A stretch of 63,707 bases of DNA, filler included, from Octopus bimaculoides (GCF_001194135.2; 5 parts of 4 records of this genome joined end to end with filler, not necessarily neighbours in it); one strand, 5' to 3'; counted from the whole stretch's first letter, positions 1 to 12,728 are shown. The notes: generated from the sequence alone by a model not told the origin. Made by a program: numbers and translations.

Positions 1-23
1 AGAGAGAGAGAGAGAGAGAGAGA

Positions 24-59
<36 letters not shown>

Positions 60-533
60 AAGAGAGAGAGGAGGAGTGAGAGAGTGTGTGAGAGAGAAAG
101 AGCAACAAAGAGAGGAGCGAAAGAGTCCGTGTGAGATGGAGTTTGTATTGTGTGTGTATGTGTGTCCGTGTGTATGTGTCCATGTGTGTTTGTGTCTGTG
201 TGTATGTGTGTGTGTGTATGTGTCCTAGTGTATATTTGTATCCGTGTGTATGTGTCCATGTGTGTGTGTATGTGAGTCCGTGTTTATGATTGTGTTTCTA
301 AGTGTGAATGTGGTATGTTTGCTGTGTGTATGTATGCATGTGTATGTATGTGTATGTATGTCTGTGTGAATGTGTACATGTGTCTGTGTGTGTATGTGTC
401 TGTGTGTGCATGTGTCTGTGTGCTATTGCGTTTGTGTGTGCAGATGTATGTATGTAACTTGGTGTGAGACGTATAAAATTTACTGTGAGTGTGTGATGTG
501 TATGTGAGACTGTATATGTGTATGTGATAGCAT
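1..533. repeat. (AG)n microsatellite followed by degenerate (TG)/(TGTA)n tract
   Basis: Read directly; ends at N-gap 534-1249. Confidence 0.95.
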
Positions 534-1280
534 NNNNNNNNNNNNNNNNNNNNNNNNNNNNNNNNNNNNNNNNNNNNNNNNNNNNNNNNNNNNNNNNNNN
601 NNNNNNNNNNNNNNNNNNNNNNNNNNNNNNNNNNNNNNNNNNNNNNNNNNNNNNNNNNNNNNNNNNNNNNNNNNNNNNNNNNNNNNNNNNNNNNNNNNNN
701 NNNNNNNNNNNNNNNNNNNNNNNNNNNNNNNNNNNNNNNNNNNNNNNNNNNNNNNNNNNNNNNNNNNNNNNNNNNNNNNNNNNNNNNNNNNNNNNNNNNN
801 NNNNNNNNNNNNNNNNNNNNNNNNNNNNNNNNNNNNNNNNNNNNNNNNNNNNNNNNNNNNNNNNNNNNNNNNNNNNNNNNNNNNNNNNNNNNNNNNNNNN
901 NNNNNNNNNNNNNNNNNNNNNNNNNNNNNNNNNNNNNNNNNNNNNNNNNNNNNNNNNNNNNNNNNNNNNNNNNNNNNNNNNNNNNNNNNNNNNNNNNNNN
1001 NNNNNNNNNNNNNNNNNNNNNNNNNNNNNNNNNNNNNNNNNNNNNNNNNNNNNNNNNNNNNNNNNNNNNNNNNNNNNNNNNNNNNNNNNNNNNNNNNNNN
1101 NNNNNNNNNNNNNNNNNNNNNNNNNNNNNNNNNNNNNNNNNNNNNNNNNNNNNNNNNNNNNNNNNNNNNNNNNNNNNNNNNNNNNNNNNNNNNNNNNNNN
1201 NNNNNNNNNNNNNNNNNNNNNNNNNNNNNNNNNNNNNNNNNNNNNNNNNCATGCGCGCACACACACACAAACACACACAT

Positions 1281-1433
1281 ACGACGGGCTTCGTTCAGTT
1301 TCCGTCTACCAAATTCACTCACAAGGCTTTGGTCGGCCCGAGGCTATAGTAGAAGACACTTGCCCAAGGTGCTACGCAGTGGGACGGAACCCGGAACCAT
1401 GTAGTTGGTAAGCAAGCTACTTACCACACAACC
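1281..1433 (-). mobile_element. tRNA-derived SINE family A, 5' half
   Basis: Reverse complement of the head/body at 3688 (GTGTGGTAAG..GGTTCCGGGTTCAGTCCCACTGCG..GGCAAGTGTCTTCTACTATAGCC..GAAGCCCGTCG); runs into (CA)n and a gap. Confidence 0.85.
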
Positions 1434-1511
1434 AAGTAAGCTTGAATGTGTGGTGAGAGTGTGTCTATGTGTGTGCGCACATTTCTATGTGTCTGTTTGT
1501 GTGTGTGTGTT

Positions 1512-1548
<37 letters not shown>

Positions 1549-2014
1549 ATAGGTATATGTATGTAATTTGGTGTTGGTGACACGTACAAGACAAAATGTT
1601 ACAGCGAGTGTGTATGTGTGTATGTGGTGCGGTTAGTGTGTGCATGAGTGTTTATGTACATATGTGTGTGTATATCATTGTATGTGTCTGTTGGTGTGTG
1701 TACGAATGAATAAATGTGTGTGTGTGTAAAGTACTTGGTTTTATAACAGGTTATATGTTACTGCTGTGTGTGCGCGCGCTTGTGTATATGTGTGTGCGTG
1801 CGTCTATGTGTTTCATTGTGTATGAGCATGTGTGTCTGTAAGTGCATATATCTGTGTAAATGAGTATGTATGTTTGGGTCGCTGTGTGTGTGAGAGAGTG
1901 TGCGCATGTGCGTTTTTATGTGTGTTTTTGTATCAGTCTGTGAATGGGTGTCTATATGTGTATAATTGTCTGAATGTATGTGTATATTTATATATACATA
2001 TATAAAGCCTTTTC

Positions 2015-2240
2015 TGTTTGTTTTCCTGTCTTATTTTTTGTCCGCCACTACATTCCTCCATGGCTAGATTTAATTTGCGTATACAAATTTAATCTGCGAT
2101 CCATGGGACGAGCCGTTTTAGCGATGCGTCCTGCCCAAGCTCGTCGAAACGCCGGTGTTAAAACGTGGGTGGCTGATGAAGGAGAATGTTCTCTATGTGG
2201 CTCGTGTGTTCTCGTCTACGTTTGTTTGCAATGTCCTGTA
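2015..2240 (+). repeat. Probable PLE terminal-repeat-like interspersed element
   Basis: Non-microsatellite island inside a microsatellite, with GTCGAAACGCCGGTGT and CTGATGAAG motifs resembling PLE 3' ends; no second copy in window. Confidence 0.3.
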
Positions 2241-2849
2241 CCCAGATATGCACCTATACATACAGGTGGATGTCGGTATGCACATACCTGTACGTATATA
2301 TGCATATACTCATTTACTATTTGTTTATATATATATATATATATATCTATCTATCTNNNNNNNNNNNNNNNNNNNNNNNNNNNNNNNNNNNNNNNNNNNN
2401 NNNNNNNNNNNNNNNNNNNNNNNNNNNNNNNNNNNNNNNNNNNNNNNNNNNNNNNNNNNNNNNNNNNNNNNNNNNNNNNNNNNNNNNNNNNNNNNNNNNN
2501 NNNNNNNNNNNNNNNNNNNNATGTATGTGCAGTAGTCGTTGTGCAACCGTTCGTACAGCTTGTCTGTGCGTATATTTATCGTGTGTGCGTATGTTTATCG
2601 AGTGTGCATGTATGTGCGTGTGTATGTATGTGTATATTTTTTGTGTTCTCATCTATATGTGCATCTTGGTGTGTTTGTGTGTATGTATGTGTAAATGAAT
2701 ATAATTGGGGTTATGACTGTACAGATCAAATCTTACCGCATGTATGTGTGTCTCCGTAACAGCATGTGCTTGTTTCTATCATTGAAAGCAAGTGTGCCTG
2801 TGACTCTATGATTGTGCGTACGTGCGTGTGTGTGTGTTATAATTGCAAG

Positions 2850-2887
<38 letters not shown>

Positions 2888-2898
2888 NNNNNNNNNNG

Positions 2899-2947
<49 letters not shown>

Positions 2948-3118
2948 CAGAGAGAGATTTTCGTCGTGTATGTATGATTATGGTTGTGTGTATGTTGATA
3001 TATTAGTACATTAGTGTTATAGTATATAAGTTTATATGTTTCTGTATATATGCGGAGTATATATGTGCGTTTGAATGTGTGCGCACCCGCCACACGCACA
3101 CTCACACACAAGCATAGG

Positions 3119-3152
<34 letters not shown>

Positions 3153-3240
3153 TGTATGTATGTATGTATGTATGTATGTATGTATGTATGTATATACACA
3201 CACGTACACACGTTCTTTGAGAGGGTATGAATGATTCACC

Positions 3241-3534
3241 TCTAGAAACATCGGTATTTCGTCCATCATCCTTAAACAACCCTTATTCAGGGTCCTTTTG
3301 AGCAGGATGGGATACTCAACTGGAAGAAAATTCTAACCGGGCCCCATCTGCAAAGTCATATGGGGCCGGTTTATCTTGATATGAAATCACATATCAAGCA
3401 CATATGGTTGTGATGCATGTGCCTGGTGTACCCTTAACAGACGGGTAGTCATGATGGATATATTTGGGCTCCATATATTTCTACCCTAGCGTCACCTTGA
3501 TGTCATGCGCTGCTTTCTCACTCAATAATAATAA
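3241..3534 (+). mobile_element. SINE/LINE-tail-like element with (AAT)n tail (family D)
   Basis: Non-coding block ending CTCACTCAATAATAATAA; recognised from memory as an octopus-type interspersed repeat, not verified. Confidence 0.5.
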
Positions 3535-3687
3535 CGATATCTTTTATTGGCCACAAGGATCCAAGACATGGAGGGCATACCAAAGGACGTGATACAACAC
3601 ACAAACAGGTTGGGTTTACATCGACCAAAGGGAAACACTACAACATTAAGAATATAACAAAGGTATATCAAAATAGAAATTTTCACT

Positions 3688-4075
3688 GGCGTGGCTGTGT
3701 GGTAAAGAGGTTGCTTCCCAACCACATGGTTTCCGGTTCAGTCCCACTGCGTGAGACCTTGGGCAAGTGTCTTCTACTAGAGCCTTGGGTGACCAAAGCC
3801 TTGAGAGTGGATTTGATAGACGGAAACTGAAAGAAGCCCGTCGTATATATGTATATATCTATGTAAGTGTATGTCTTTGCGTCTGTGGTTGTTTCCGCCA
3901 CCGCTTGGCAACCGGTGATGGTGTATTTGCAGTTCGACAAAAGGAACCGATGGAATAATTACTAGGCTTTAAAAACAAATTATGGGTTCGATTTTTTCGA
4001 CTAAAATCTTTCAAGGCGGTGCGGTGCCCCAGCATGACCGCAGTCAAATAACTGAAACAAGTAAAATAAAAAAGA
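3688..4075 (+). mobile_element. tRNA-derived SINE family A, near full length, with internal microsatellite
   Basis: tRNA-like head with A/B-box-like motifs (GGCTGTGTGGT; GGTTCAGTCCC), internal TA/TG tract at about 3843-3875, tail GCAGTCAAATAACTGAAACAAGTAAAA; about ten related pieces in window. Likely one of the described octopus OK/OR SINEs; exact name not verifiable here. Confidence 0.9.
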
Positions 4076-4859
4076 TTGATGATACGCTTAAACGAACATC
4101 TGGATTCGTCTTGCACGTGACAGTAGCTGTTCAACACAAGCTTACTCGTCGCTAGTGCACGGACACTTTATCTTGTCGATTCCGAAAGGATGAAAAGCAA
4201 AACTAACTTCAGAGAAATCTTATCAAAGAACGTAAAGAACTGGAAGAAATACCTTAAGCCTTTTGTTGGAGGCACAAACCGTTCTGCCGGCTTCAAATTT
4301 TGGCACAAAGCCAACAATTCTGGGGGGAGGGGAAACGGTTTTAGCCAATTGCATCGATACCAGTATTTGATTGGTTCTTTATTCAGACAAGGTGATGAGT
4401 TGCGTTCTTGAGCAAAATACTTCATTTCCCGTTACACCAGTCCATTCGGCTGCAAAAGAGTCTCAGAAATAGATGAGAAACTAACTCCTGCGAGGTGGTG
4501 GTGGTGGTGATGGTGGGAGTTGTAATCTCAGACACTTCTACGCCAAGAAAACCGGGTGAAGCTCCGACCTTAGGAGACCTAGAACTCATGACAGAGACTT
4601 TAAGTTTAAACGTTACTTATGGATATGGAGATGAAACAAACCTGTAAACAATGTCATATATCTAAATGCTTAATTAGCGTTTAATTAGCGGTGTCTCTGC
4701 TTATTATGTAGTTTTTTAAATATTTATTGACATTTTGAAATATTAGAAAAGTAATTTCAATTATATCAACTGAACACAGAACAAAACGAAAAAGTAAAAA
4801 AGAAAATAACGATACCACCCGTAATAACAACAAGAGGAGGATTAATATTCAGATCAATA

Positions 4860-4898
<39 letters not shown>

Positions 4899-5218
4899 GT
4901 AATTATGATTGTGATGACGACGATGATGATGATGATAATAAAGAGAAGAAAGATACACTTATTACAGCAAACAATAAAAAAGATGTAGAAAAATAAGGTA
5001 TAGAAAATAAAAAGATAAAAAGAATTATGAAATAACGTTTGGAAGGTTTACATAATTTGTACATTTCATTTGTTCCAGCGACATTTATTTCATATTTGAG
5101 GCTTTATAATTAATTCTAAGTTAATTTATATGTTTAACACCCATGGCATGGCAGCCGGAAAAAAACACTAAGCGGGCAAAGCACTCCGAGCTCTCCGTAT
5201 AGTAAACGATACGCTACG

Positions 5219-5264
<46 letters not shown>

Positions 5265-5528
5265 GAAGAAGAAGAAGAATGAATTAACTGAATACGTAGT
5301 TTGACTTTTGTTATAACGGGCAAGTAATTTGTATTAAAGCAATGGCGCTGTTAGAAAACGCATTTCCATCATTATGCAAGTTTAAGAGTAATGAATGCTA
5401 GAGAAAGGTTCGTTTGTTTTGTTTTTTTTTCTTTCCTTCAATGCATGACAACCTGGGTTGCTTTTTGCATGGAACGTTGCATTTGCATTTATTTTATTTT
5501 TATTTTGTTTTGTTTTGTTTTGTTTAAA

Positions 5529-5590
<62 letters not shown>

Positions 5591-5805
5591 GTTATTATTG
5601 CTATTATTTTTCTTGTTTTTTTTCTTTGCTGTGTCTTTTGTAAAATTTATTATTACGATTGGCGATTATTTGAAGGCTTGTGTCTTTTTAACAATCGGAA
5701 GAAGTGATTTATAAAAAAAAAATTATAAATGAATAAATAAATAAATAAAAATGAATTGTAGCATGTACTTGAAGAGCTCAATTGGTAAAAAAAGACATAT
5801 GTGTG

Positions 5806-5856
<51 letters not shown>

Positions 5857-6343
5857 GAACAATATATAAAATATGGCAACGATTGTAACAATAACTAAAT
5901 TAGTACTAATAAAATATAGCAGTACACGGACGTGTACAAACATACGGGTACACTTGCACACGTATGTATATATACATACACGCATATACACACACGCACA
6001 CACGCGCTCGCGCACTTATGTGCACACATATTCAACCAATACAAACGTGTAGACGCTCAGATGCATACATGCACATACGCACGATCGCACATGCACATAT
6101 ATACATACACGCACACACACGCATGCACACATACACACACGCACACACACACACACACACACGCACAGATATACATACACACATACACACTCAGGCACTG
6201 ATATTCATACGCATTCATTGACACAAACATATACTCGTGAACATACGCGCACACATATACATGTATACACAGAAAATACTGTCATGCAGAAGTGAATGTG
6301 CATATTCACACACAGATGCAGACGACAGACAGACACACACACG

Positions 6344-6375
<32 letters not shown>

Positions 6376-6489
6376 NNNNNNNNNNNNNNNNNNNNNNNNN
6401 NNNNNNNNNNNNNNNNNNNNNNNNNNNNNNNNNNNNNNNNNNNNNNNNNNNNNNNNNNNNNNNNNNNAAAAAGGGATCATTTTCTAACC

Positions 6490-6575
6490 GTGACTATGAC
6501 TTTAATTACGATGATGATGATGATGATGATGATGATGACGACGACGACGACATGACGACATTGATGATGATGATA

Positions 6576-6613
<38 letters not shown>

Positions 6614-6850
6614 AGTGGTGGTGGTGGTGGTGGAGAAGATGGTGGACATGAGAATAATGATGATGTCAAAGATTACGACGATGACGACGACGACGACGAA
6701 GGTAATGAACACCACGACATTGATGATGATGTTGATGATGATGATGTTGATGATGATGATGACGACGACGATGTTGATGAAAGTTCTATTGTCGACATTG
6801 ATATTGACTAAGATGATATTGTTGTTAGCTATGTTGTCGTTGATGATGGA

Positions 6851-6882
<32 letters not shown>

Positions 6883-7126
6883 CGACGGCAATGGCGGTGG
6901 TGGTGGTGGTGGTGGTGGTAGTAGTAATCACGATGATGACGATGAAATGCATGATTATGATGATACTGATATTGATGATGAGGAGGAGAATGAAGAGAAC
7001 AACACGATGAGGAGGCGAATGAAGAGGAGCAACAACATTATCATCATTGCCAGAGTCGTCGTACCTGTTTGTCATCATCATCATCATCATCATCATCAAC
7101 AACATCATCATCAACATCATCATCAA

Positions 7127-7157
<31 letters not shown>

Positions 7158-7320
7158 TGCAGCAGCAGCAGCAGCAGTTTGGTCATGGAGATGATTACAA
7201 TGACAACGGCGACGACGACGACAAAGACGATGACGACAACGACGATGATGATTATGATGATGGCGAGGAGGGGGAGGAGGAGAAGAAGGAGGAGAAGAAG
7301 GAGGAGAAGAAGAGAAAAAG
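6490..7320. repeat. Compound trinucleotide mosaic (GAT/GAC/GGT/CAT/CAG/GAG)
   Basis: Read directly; source of the poly-M/D/H/I ORFs. Confidence 0.95.
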
Positions 7321-7559
7321 AAGAAGAGATCCCGATTAAATTGTTAAAACAAGTTAAGCGTCCTTTTTCAAGAGCTGAGTGTCACACCGCACACCTATCA
7401 CATTACGTATGTTACGGCTATCTTGAAACAGCTGTCGGGATAAGACGTTACGTAATCCTTCTCTCCTATAAGTTTTTAAATTTTGTACTCTGTATTTTGT
7501 GTTGCATGTAAATATAGGTCTCAAATCTGATAATTATCTATTTTACTCCTTGTCTCTCA

Positions 7560-7619
<60 letters not shown>

Positions 7620-7919
7620 NNNNNNNNNNNNNNNNNNNNNNNNNNNNNNNNNNNNNNNNNNNNNNNNNNNNNNNNNNNNNNNNNNNNNNNNNNNNNNNNN
7701 NNNNNNNNNNNNNNNNNNNNNNNNNNNNNNNNNNNNNNNNNNNNNNNNNNNNNNNNNNNNNNNNNNNNNNNNNNNNNNNNNNNNNNNNNNNNNNNNNNNN
7801 NNNNNNNNNNNNNNNNNNNNNNNNNNNNNNNNNNNNNNNNNNNNNNNNNNNNNNNNNNNNNNNNNNNNNNNNNNNNNNNNNNNNNNNNNNNNNNNNNNNN
7901 NNNNNNNNNNNNNNNNNNN

Positions 7920-7980
<61 letters not shown>

Positions 7981-8381
7981 TATATATATATATACATAAT
8001 GCATACACACACACACATATAGCGAGGGACGTGCAGTACCTAAGGCTTTTACAAGCTCTCTGAACCATATAATTGAAACAGTTAATGTTCTGCTTAAACA
8101 GTTGCAACTCCATGATTACAAGAACGATATCCTTAGAGAAGGAAAATTTGGACGTTCTGGGAAGAAATGATTGGATGTAGAGGCTATTGTTGGTCTTCCG
8201 TTTTGGAAATGATATGGTAGTTGCCCGGAAGAGAGACGTGACTGGCGCGAGATCAGATAGTCAACCTTCAGGAACAGAAGTCATTGTAGTAGCAGAAGAA
8301 GCAAAGAGAGGAAATGGCATAGTTCTACTAGAATTTGGAGTTTTTGTTGTGATCTGACATTTCAGCGGATGCGATATGGGA

Positions 8382-8414
<33 letters not shown>

Positions 8415-8474
8415 TGCAACAGTAGCACTGTCTCATATAGAAGTATTATGTTGTGTATATCAACATACCTTTAT

Positions 8475-8543
<69 letters not shown>

Positions 8544-8546
8544 AGA

Positions 8547-8583
<37 letters not shown>

Positions 8584-8934
8584 CGTGTGCGTGTGCGTGT
8601 GTGTCTATGTATCAGAGATGGGCGTGAGATAAAAGTATAGTCGATGTAGGCGATCCCAGTATTAAGACTGGTCCCTTATGTTATCAAACACTGAGATACT
8701 TAAATTAACCAAAGTCCACCCCCACGTGGGGCGGGTGGCAGTTAACGGGTGGTTGGATTTGCATTTAAAACGTCGTGCTGGAAAAGATTTGTTTGTTTTT
8801 CTTGAGCTCTGCGACTCATAAATCAGGTTTCCCGGCTTCCATGGCGTATAAGTGATCGAGATCACATTACCCAGAATGAGACACCGACTCCTTGCAAGGT
8901 ACCAATGCCAACAATTTAGAAAGGAAAGATAAGT

Positions 8935-9097
8935 TGATTACATCGCCCCCTGTAATGTTATTTTATTTTATCGACGCTGAAGGGATGAAAGAGCAAATTT
9001 GACCTCGACGGGTTTTGAACTCAAAATGGAAAGAATTGGAAGATACGCTGCTAAGCATTTTTTTCCGACGTGTTAACGATTCTGCTAGCTCGCCACC
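8935..9097 (-). mobile_element. tRNA-derived SINE family B (CORE-like), copy 1 of a tandem pair
   Basis: Reverse complement of GGCGAGCTGGCAGAATCGTT..GAGTTCAAA..CTTTCATCC..GTCGATAAA. Confidence 0.8.
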
Positions 9098-9130
9098 TAG
9101 AAGAGATTAAAAAGCTTTGTATTATGAAAT

Positions 9131-9347
9131 TGGTTTCGAATTTTGGCACAAAGCCAGCAATTTCAAGTGATGGTGGGTTTAAGTCGAGTACATCGACCCC
9201 CAACTCTCAGATGGTACGTATTTTATGGACCTCGAAAGGATTAAAGGCAAAGGCGACCTCGGCGGGATTTGAACTTAGAACGTAAAGACAGACGAAATGC
9301 CTCTAAGCATTCTGCCCGACGCGCAAACGATTCTACCTGTTCGCCAA
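9131..9347 (-). mobile_element. SINE family B, copy 2 of a tandem pair
   Basis: Same head and core plus tail GGCTTTGTGCCAAAATTCGAAACCAAT on the - strand. Confidence 0.85.
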
Positions 9348-9840
9348 CTAGGAAAAGATTAAAAAGCCTCATGTTCTAATATTGATTACAAATCGCGATC
9401 ACTCTCAGATGTAGCGATTGCGTGTCGTTCATGCCTTTCTCAAAAGCAATTAGCAGCATAAGAGAAATGAAATCACTTTAAGTGGACACGGGAACCAAAT
9501 CGAAACTCGTTTCACCAGCGTCTCATCTCTCTCTCCACGCCTGCCTCCCCCCTACCTTGTCCGTTTTCTCGTCTCCTCATCTCCCCGTTTTCTCCAGAAG
9601 TGTTTTATTTGATCTCACGTACTTGTTATCTAGAAAGCTAAAATTAGTGCTGCGTTCGACTGCCCTAATTAAAAAATATCCGTCCGCGTCCATTAATCTA
9701 TTAATCTCGCCCCGATCATACTCCCGATCAATCTGAGTTAGGTTCTTCATAGTCAATGCATTAAATCTGTTAACACTGGTTTAACTATATTAAACTAGCG
9801 TTAAGAGTAATGTAGTTTCTTAATATGGTTATACTTCTAC

Positions 9841-10150
9841 CTTTTCACCTTTTTCTTGTTTCGGTCATTAGACTGCGGCCATGCTGGGGCACTGCCTTGA
9901 AAAATTATTAGATCAACAAACAAACTTCAGTAGTTCTTTGTTTTTAAGCTTGATATTTATACTAGCAGTCCCTTTTGAGACTACTAAGTTACAGGGACGT
10001 AAACATACCAACACCGATTATCAAGTGGTGAAGGGGGCCAAACACAAACACAAAGACCACGCATACACACACACATACACACACACAGACACACATATAC
10101 TACGGGCTTCTTTTAGTTTCCTTCTACTAAATCCTCTCACAAGACCTCGG
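9841..10150 (-). mobile_element. SINE family A, 5'-truncated
   Basis: Tail TTGTTTCGGTCATTAGACTGCGGCCATGCTGGGGCAC, internal (CA) tract, body TACGGGCTTCTTTTAGTTTCC. Confidence 0.8.
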
Positions 10151-10229
10151 TCCTTCGTTAAGGATTGCTCATATAATACCTGTAGTTATTCCTTTGTCAC
10201 TTGATTTTGAAATACGTTTGGAAAATGCT

Positions 10230-10970
10230 ATTGTATGATGCTGGTGGTGGCTACATTTGAATGTGTATCTTATGTCACCCTTGTTGTTTAGTCCCAGGTC
10301 AAATGTGACTGGGAAGAGTATCCGGATGTGACCATGCCGTCATGTCTATAGGCATAGTGTAACAACTTCTTGGTTATCCAGGATGCTTTTCTACTTTTTA
10401 AGGTGAGTGTGCTTTGTGGAGACGTAGACGAAGTCTGTGAACATTCGATTACTTTTGCTTTTGATGTGATCACTCTCAAGTGAAGTTCGCATTTACGTTG
10501 ATGAATTATGAAACTTTTGCCGTTCTAGAAATGACTCTGGATAAGAGAGAGGGAGACAAGGAGATAAAGAGAGGAAGGGAGAGGGAGGAGAGAAGGAGAG
10601 AGAGAGCTTTTATTGCTATACTTGCATCAGCATTAATGCTACATGGTGAGTTGTCCTATATATCATTTTCCCCTTTCTAGTATTTATATGGCTGTTGTTA
10701 GTTATTACTAGTAAAAACCGAACAGATTTTTTTGATTGCAATGGCTATGTGTTCACGCCTCTTGTAGTAGTAATATGTGGCCTTCTCAAATGTAAATTCA
10801 TCTGATGATGAACAACTTATCATTCTGATGCTTTAGGGGTACATGCTTGATGACGTTCCCTGGTGGTTTAATTTCACTTCTTGAGAGTTTTTGTATGGTT
10901 TTTCTTTATTTTGAGATTAGATTAAATGAAACACCTAGAATGCTTACCGATGTAAGGTTTTGCACCTGAT
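10230..10970 (-). mobile_element. Highly decayed Penelope-like element (RT thumb and GIY-YIG remnants)
   Basis: - strand peptides across frameshifts: SILGVSFNL (cf. NFLDVTFNL), PPGNVIKHVP (cf. HPPNIIKQIP), RMISCSSSDEFTFEKA (cf. RISNLSSDEEIFNKA). Confidence 0.45.
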
Positions 10971-11167
10971 GTATCTCGTTCATTGGGTGAGTCTGTTGTG
11001 AGGAGCAGTCAATCAACTGTGAAACAGTCCGTCAGGAGACGTGATCCCTGTTTATTCATTGCCGCACATCAGTAACTTAGAAGAAATATATATATATTTA
11101 TATTCTTACTTTACCAGCAATGGGTTTTTGTAATATTTAAAATTGTATGTATTTATATAGAAAAAGA

Positions 11168-11330
11168 CAAAACTGTGTGGTTAAGAAGCTGGTTTTGCAG
11201 CCTGGCGGTTTCGGTTTCTGTTCCACTGTGCAGCATTTTGGGCATGTTTTTTTTTTTTACTATAGCTCCGGGTCGACCAAAGCTTTGTGAAGTGAATTTG
11301 GTAGACAGAAACTTCGTGGAAGTCAGTTGT

Positions 11331-11361
<31 letters not shown>

Positions 11362-11920
11362 CATACATACATACATACATACATACATTATTATGATTGA
11401 CCGTTGACTGGACACTATTCAATTTTTTTTTTCTCCGTGTTTTTCTCTTTGTCTCCGTATTCTTTCTGTNNNNNNNNNNGTTGAAGAGCGTAGCTCGAAA
11501 CGTCAAAGACTTTCCGTACTCTCGAGCGTCATACTTATACATCCTTTTGTTATTTACACCACCTGTCCTCGTCTGTTGTTGTTTTTTCGTATATTCTCCT
11601 ACATACATACATACATACATACATACATAAATGCATACATACATACATACATACATACACCATACACACACGTACACATTTGTATGGGTATGTGTGTGTC
11701 ATTGTGTTTGATATGTACTCTCGACCGCTGGACAAACCACGATGCTGGTTTGTTTATGTCGCTGTGACTTCACACTTCATAAAAAGAGACCGACAGAATA
11801 AGTACTACATTGAGAAAAATAACATAAGTACTGGGATGAATTTGTTCGACTAAAATTCTTCAAGGCAGTGCCCCACCATGGCTGCAGTCAAATGACTGAA
11901 ACAAGTAAAAGATAAAAGAT
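11168..11920 (+). mobile_element. SINE family A, split by an insertion in its internal microsatellite
   Basis: Head/body at 11168-11330, 3' half at about 11690-11920 ending GACTGAAACAAGTAAAAGATAAAAGAT. Confidence 0.8.
11400..11598 (+). mobile_element. Short PLE-derived element H (hammerhead-like motif)
   Basis: Strong match to the reverse complement of 58364-58525; contains TCTTTCTGT[N10]GTTGAAGAGCGTAGCTCGAAACGTCAAAGA. Confidence 0.75.
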
Positions 11921-12179
11921 ATTGTGTTTATTGATTGGGGAGAACAGCGATTGAAACGTTATGTTAGCATCGCACCCAAAATGACAAAGACAGCCTGAGA
12001 AACAAACAGTTAGAAACTCATCTCAAACGATCCGACAAAACTTACATGGTCAGTGAATCCAATAGAAATAACAGTGAAATCACGATTTTACTCACATCCT
12101 GTTGTCTCAAAATACAACAAAACGTTTAATAATACACCAAGAATCCAGTGCCTGTTCTGTTTGTCTGTCTGTTTGTCCG

Positions 12180-12180
<1 letters not shown>

Positions 12181-12242
<62 letters not shown>

Positions 12243-12300
12243 GTCTATCTGTCTGTCTGTCTGTCTGTCTGTCTGTCCGTTAGTGCATCCGTCTGTTTGT
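12181..12300. repeat. (TCTA)n/(TCTG)n tetranucleotide repeat
   Basis: Read directly. Confidence 0.95.
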
Positions 12301-12372
12301 CTGTCTGTCTATCTGTTTACCTATCTATATATCACACGTACATATTCACACAGACCAATTTTCTCTCTCTCT

Positions 12373-12443
<71 letters not shown>

Positions 12444-12469
12444 TATAGATACACATATACAGACGCACA

Positions 12470-12630
12470 TTTTTGTCTCTCTCCGTTTTATCCGTCTCCC
12501 TGTAATTTTTCCTCTTATCCCATTCTGTCGAAAAGCGCAGGCTCGAAATGTCAAAAACTTTTCCATTCATCAAATTAATACACCTGCTTGTTTACCCTTC
12601 ACCTGTCTTTGTCTTTTGTTTCCTATACAT
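12470..12630 (+). mobile_element. Element H, older degenerate copy
   Basis: CTGTCGAAAAGCGCAGGCTCGAAATGTCAAAAAC at 12525-12558 followed by ATACACCTGCTTGTTT..CACCTGTCTTTGTC, matching the other H copies. Confidence 0.6.
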
Positions 12631-12728
12631 TTGGACCATATACATACATACATACATACATACATACACACACACACATATGTACATACACGCATGCATA
12701 CACACACACACACACAATTACATATACA

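Noticed and set aside
2110-2185. GAAACGCCGGTGT and CTGATGAAG as a hammerhead
   Set aside because: The motifs are not in a workable order with a paired stem II; the upstream core position reads GCGAUGC.
3688-3760. tRNA genes at SINE heads (also 28882, 17497)
   Set aside because: A/B-box-like motifs continue into SINE bodies found in many copies; no complete cloverleaf or acceptor stem.
6947-7339. 130-aa ORF with poly-His/Gln, acidic runs and a KRKRRR end, like a transcription factor
   Set aside because: Entirely within a trinucleotide mosaic; no folded domain or splice support, and overlapping frames are equally open.
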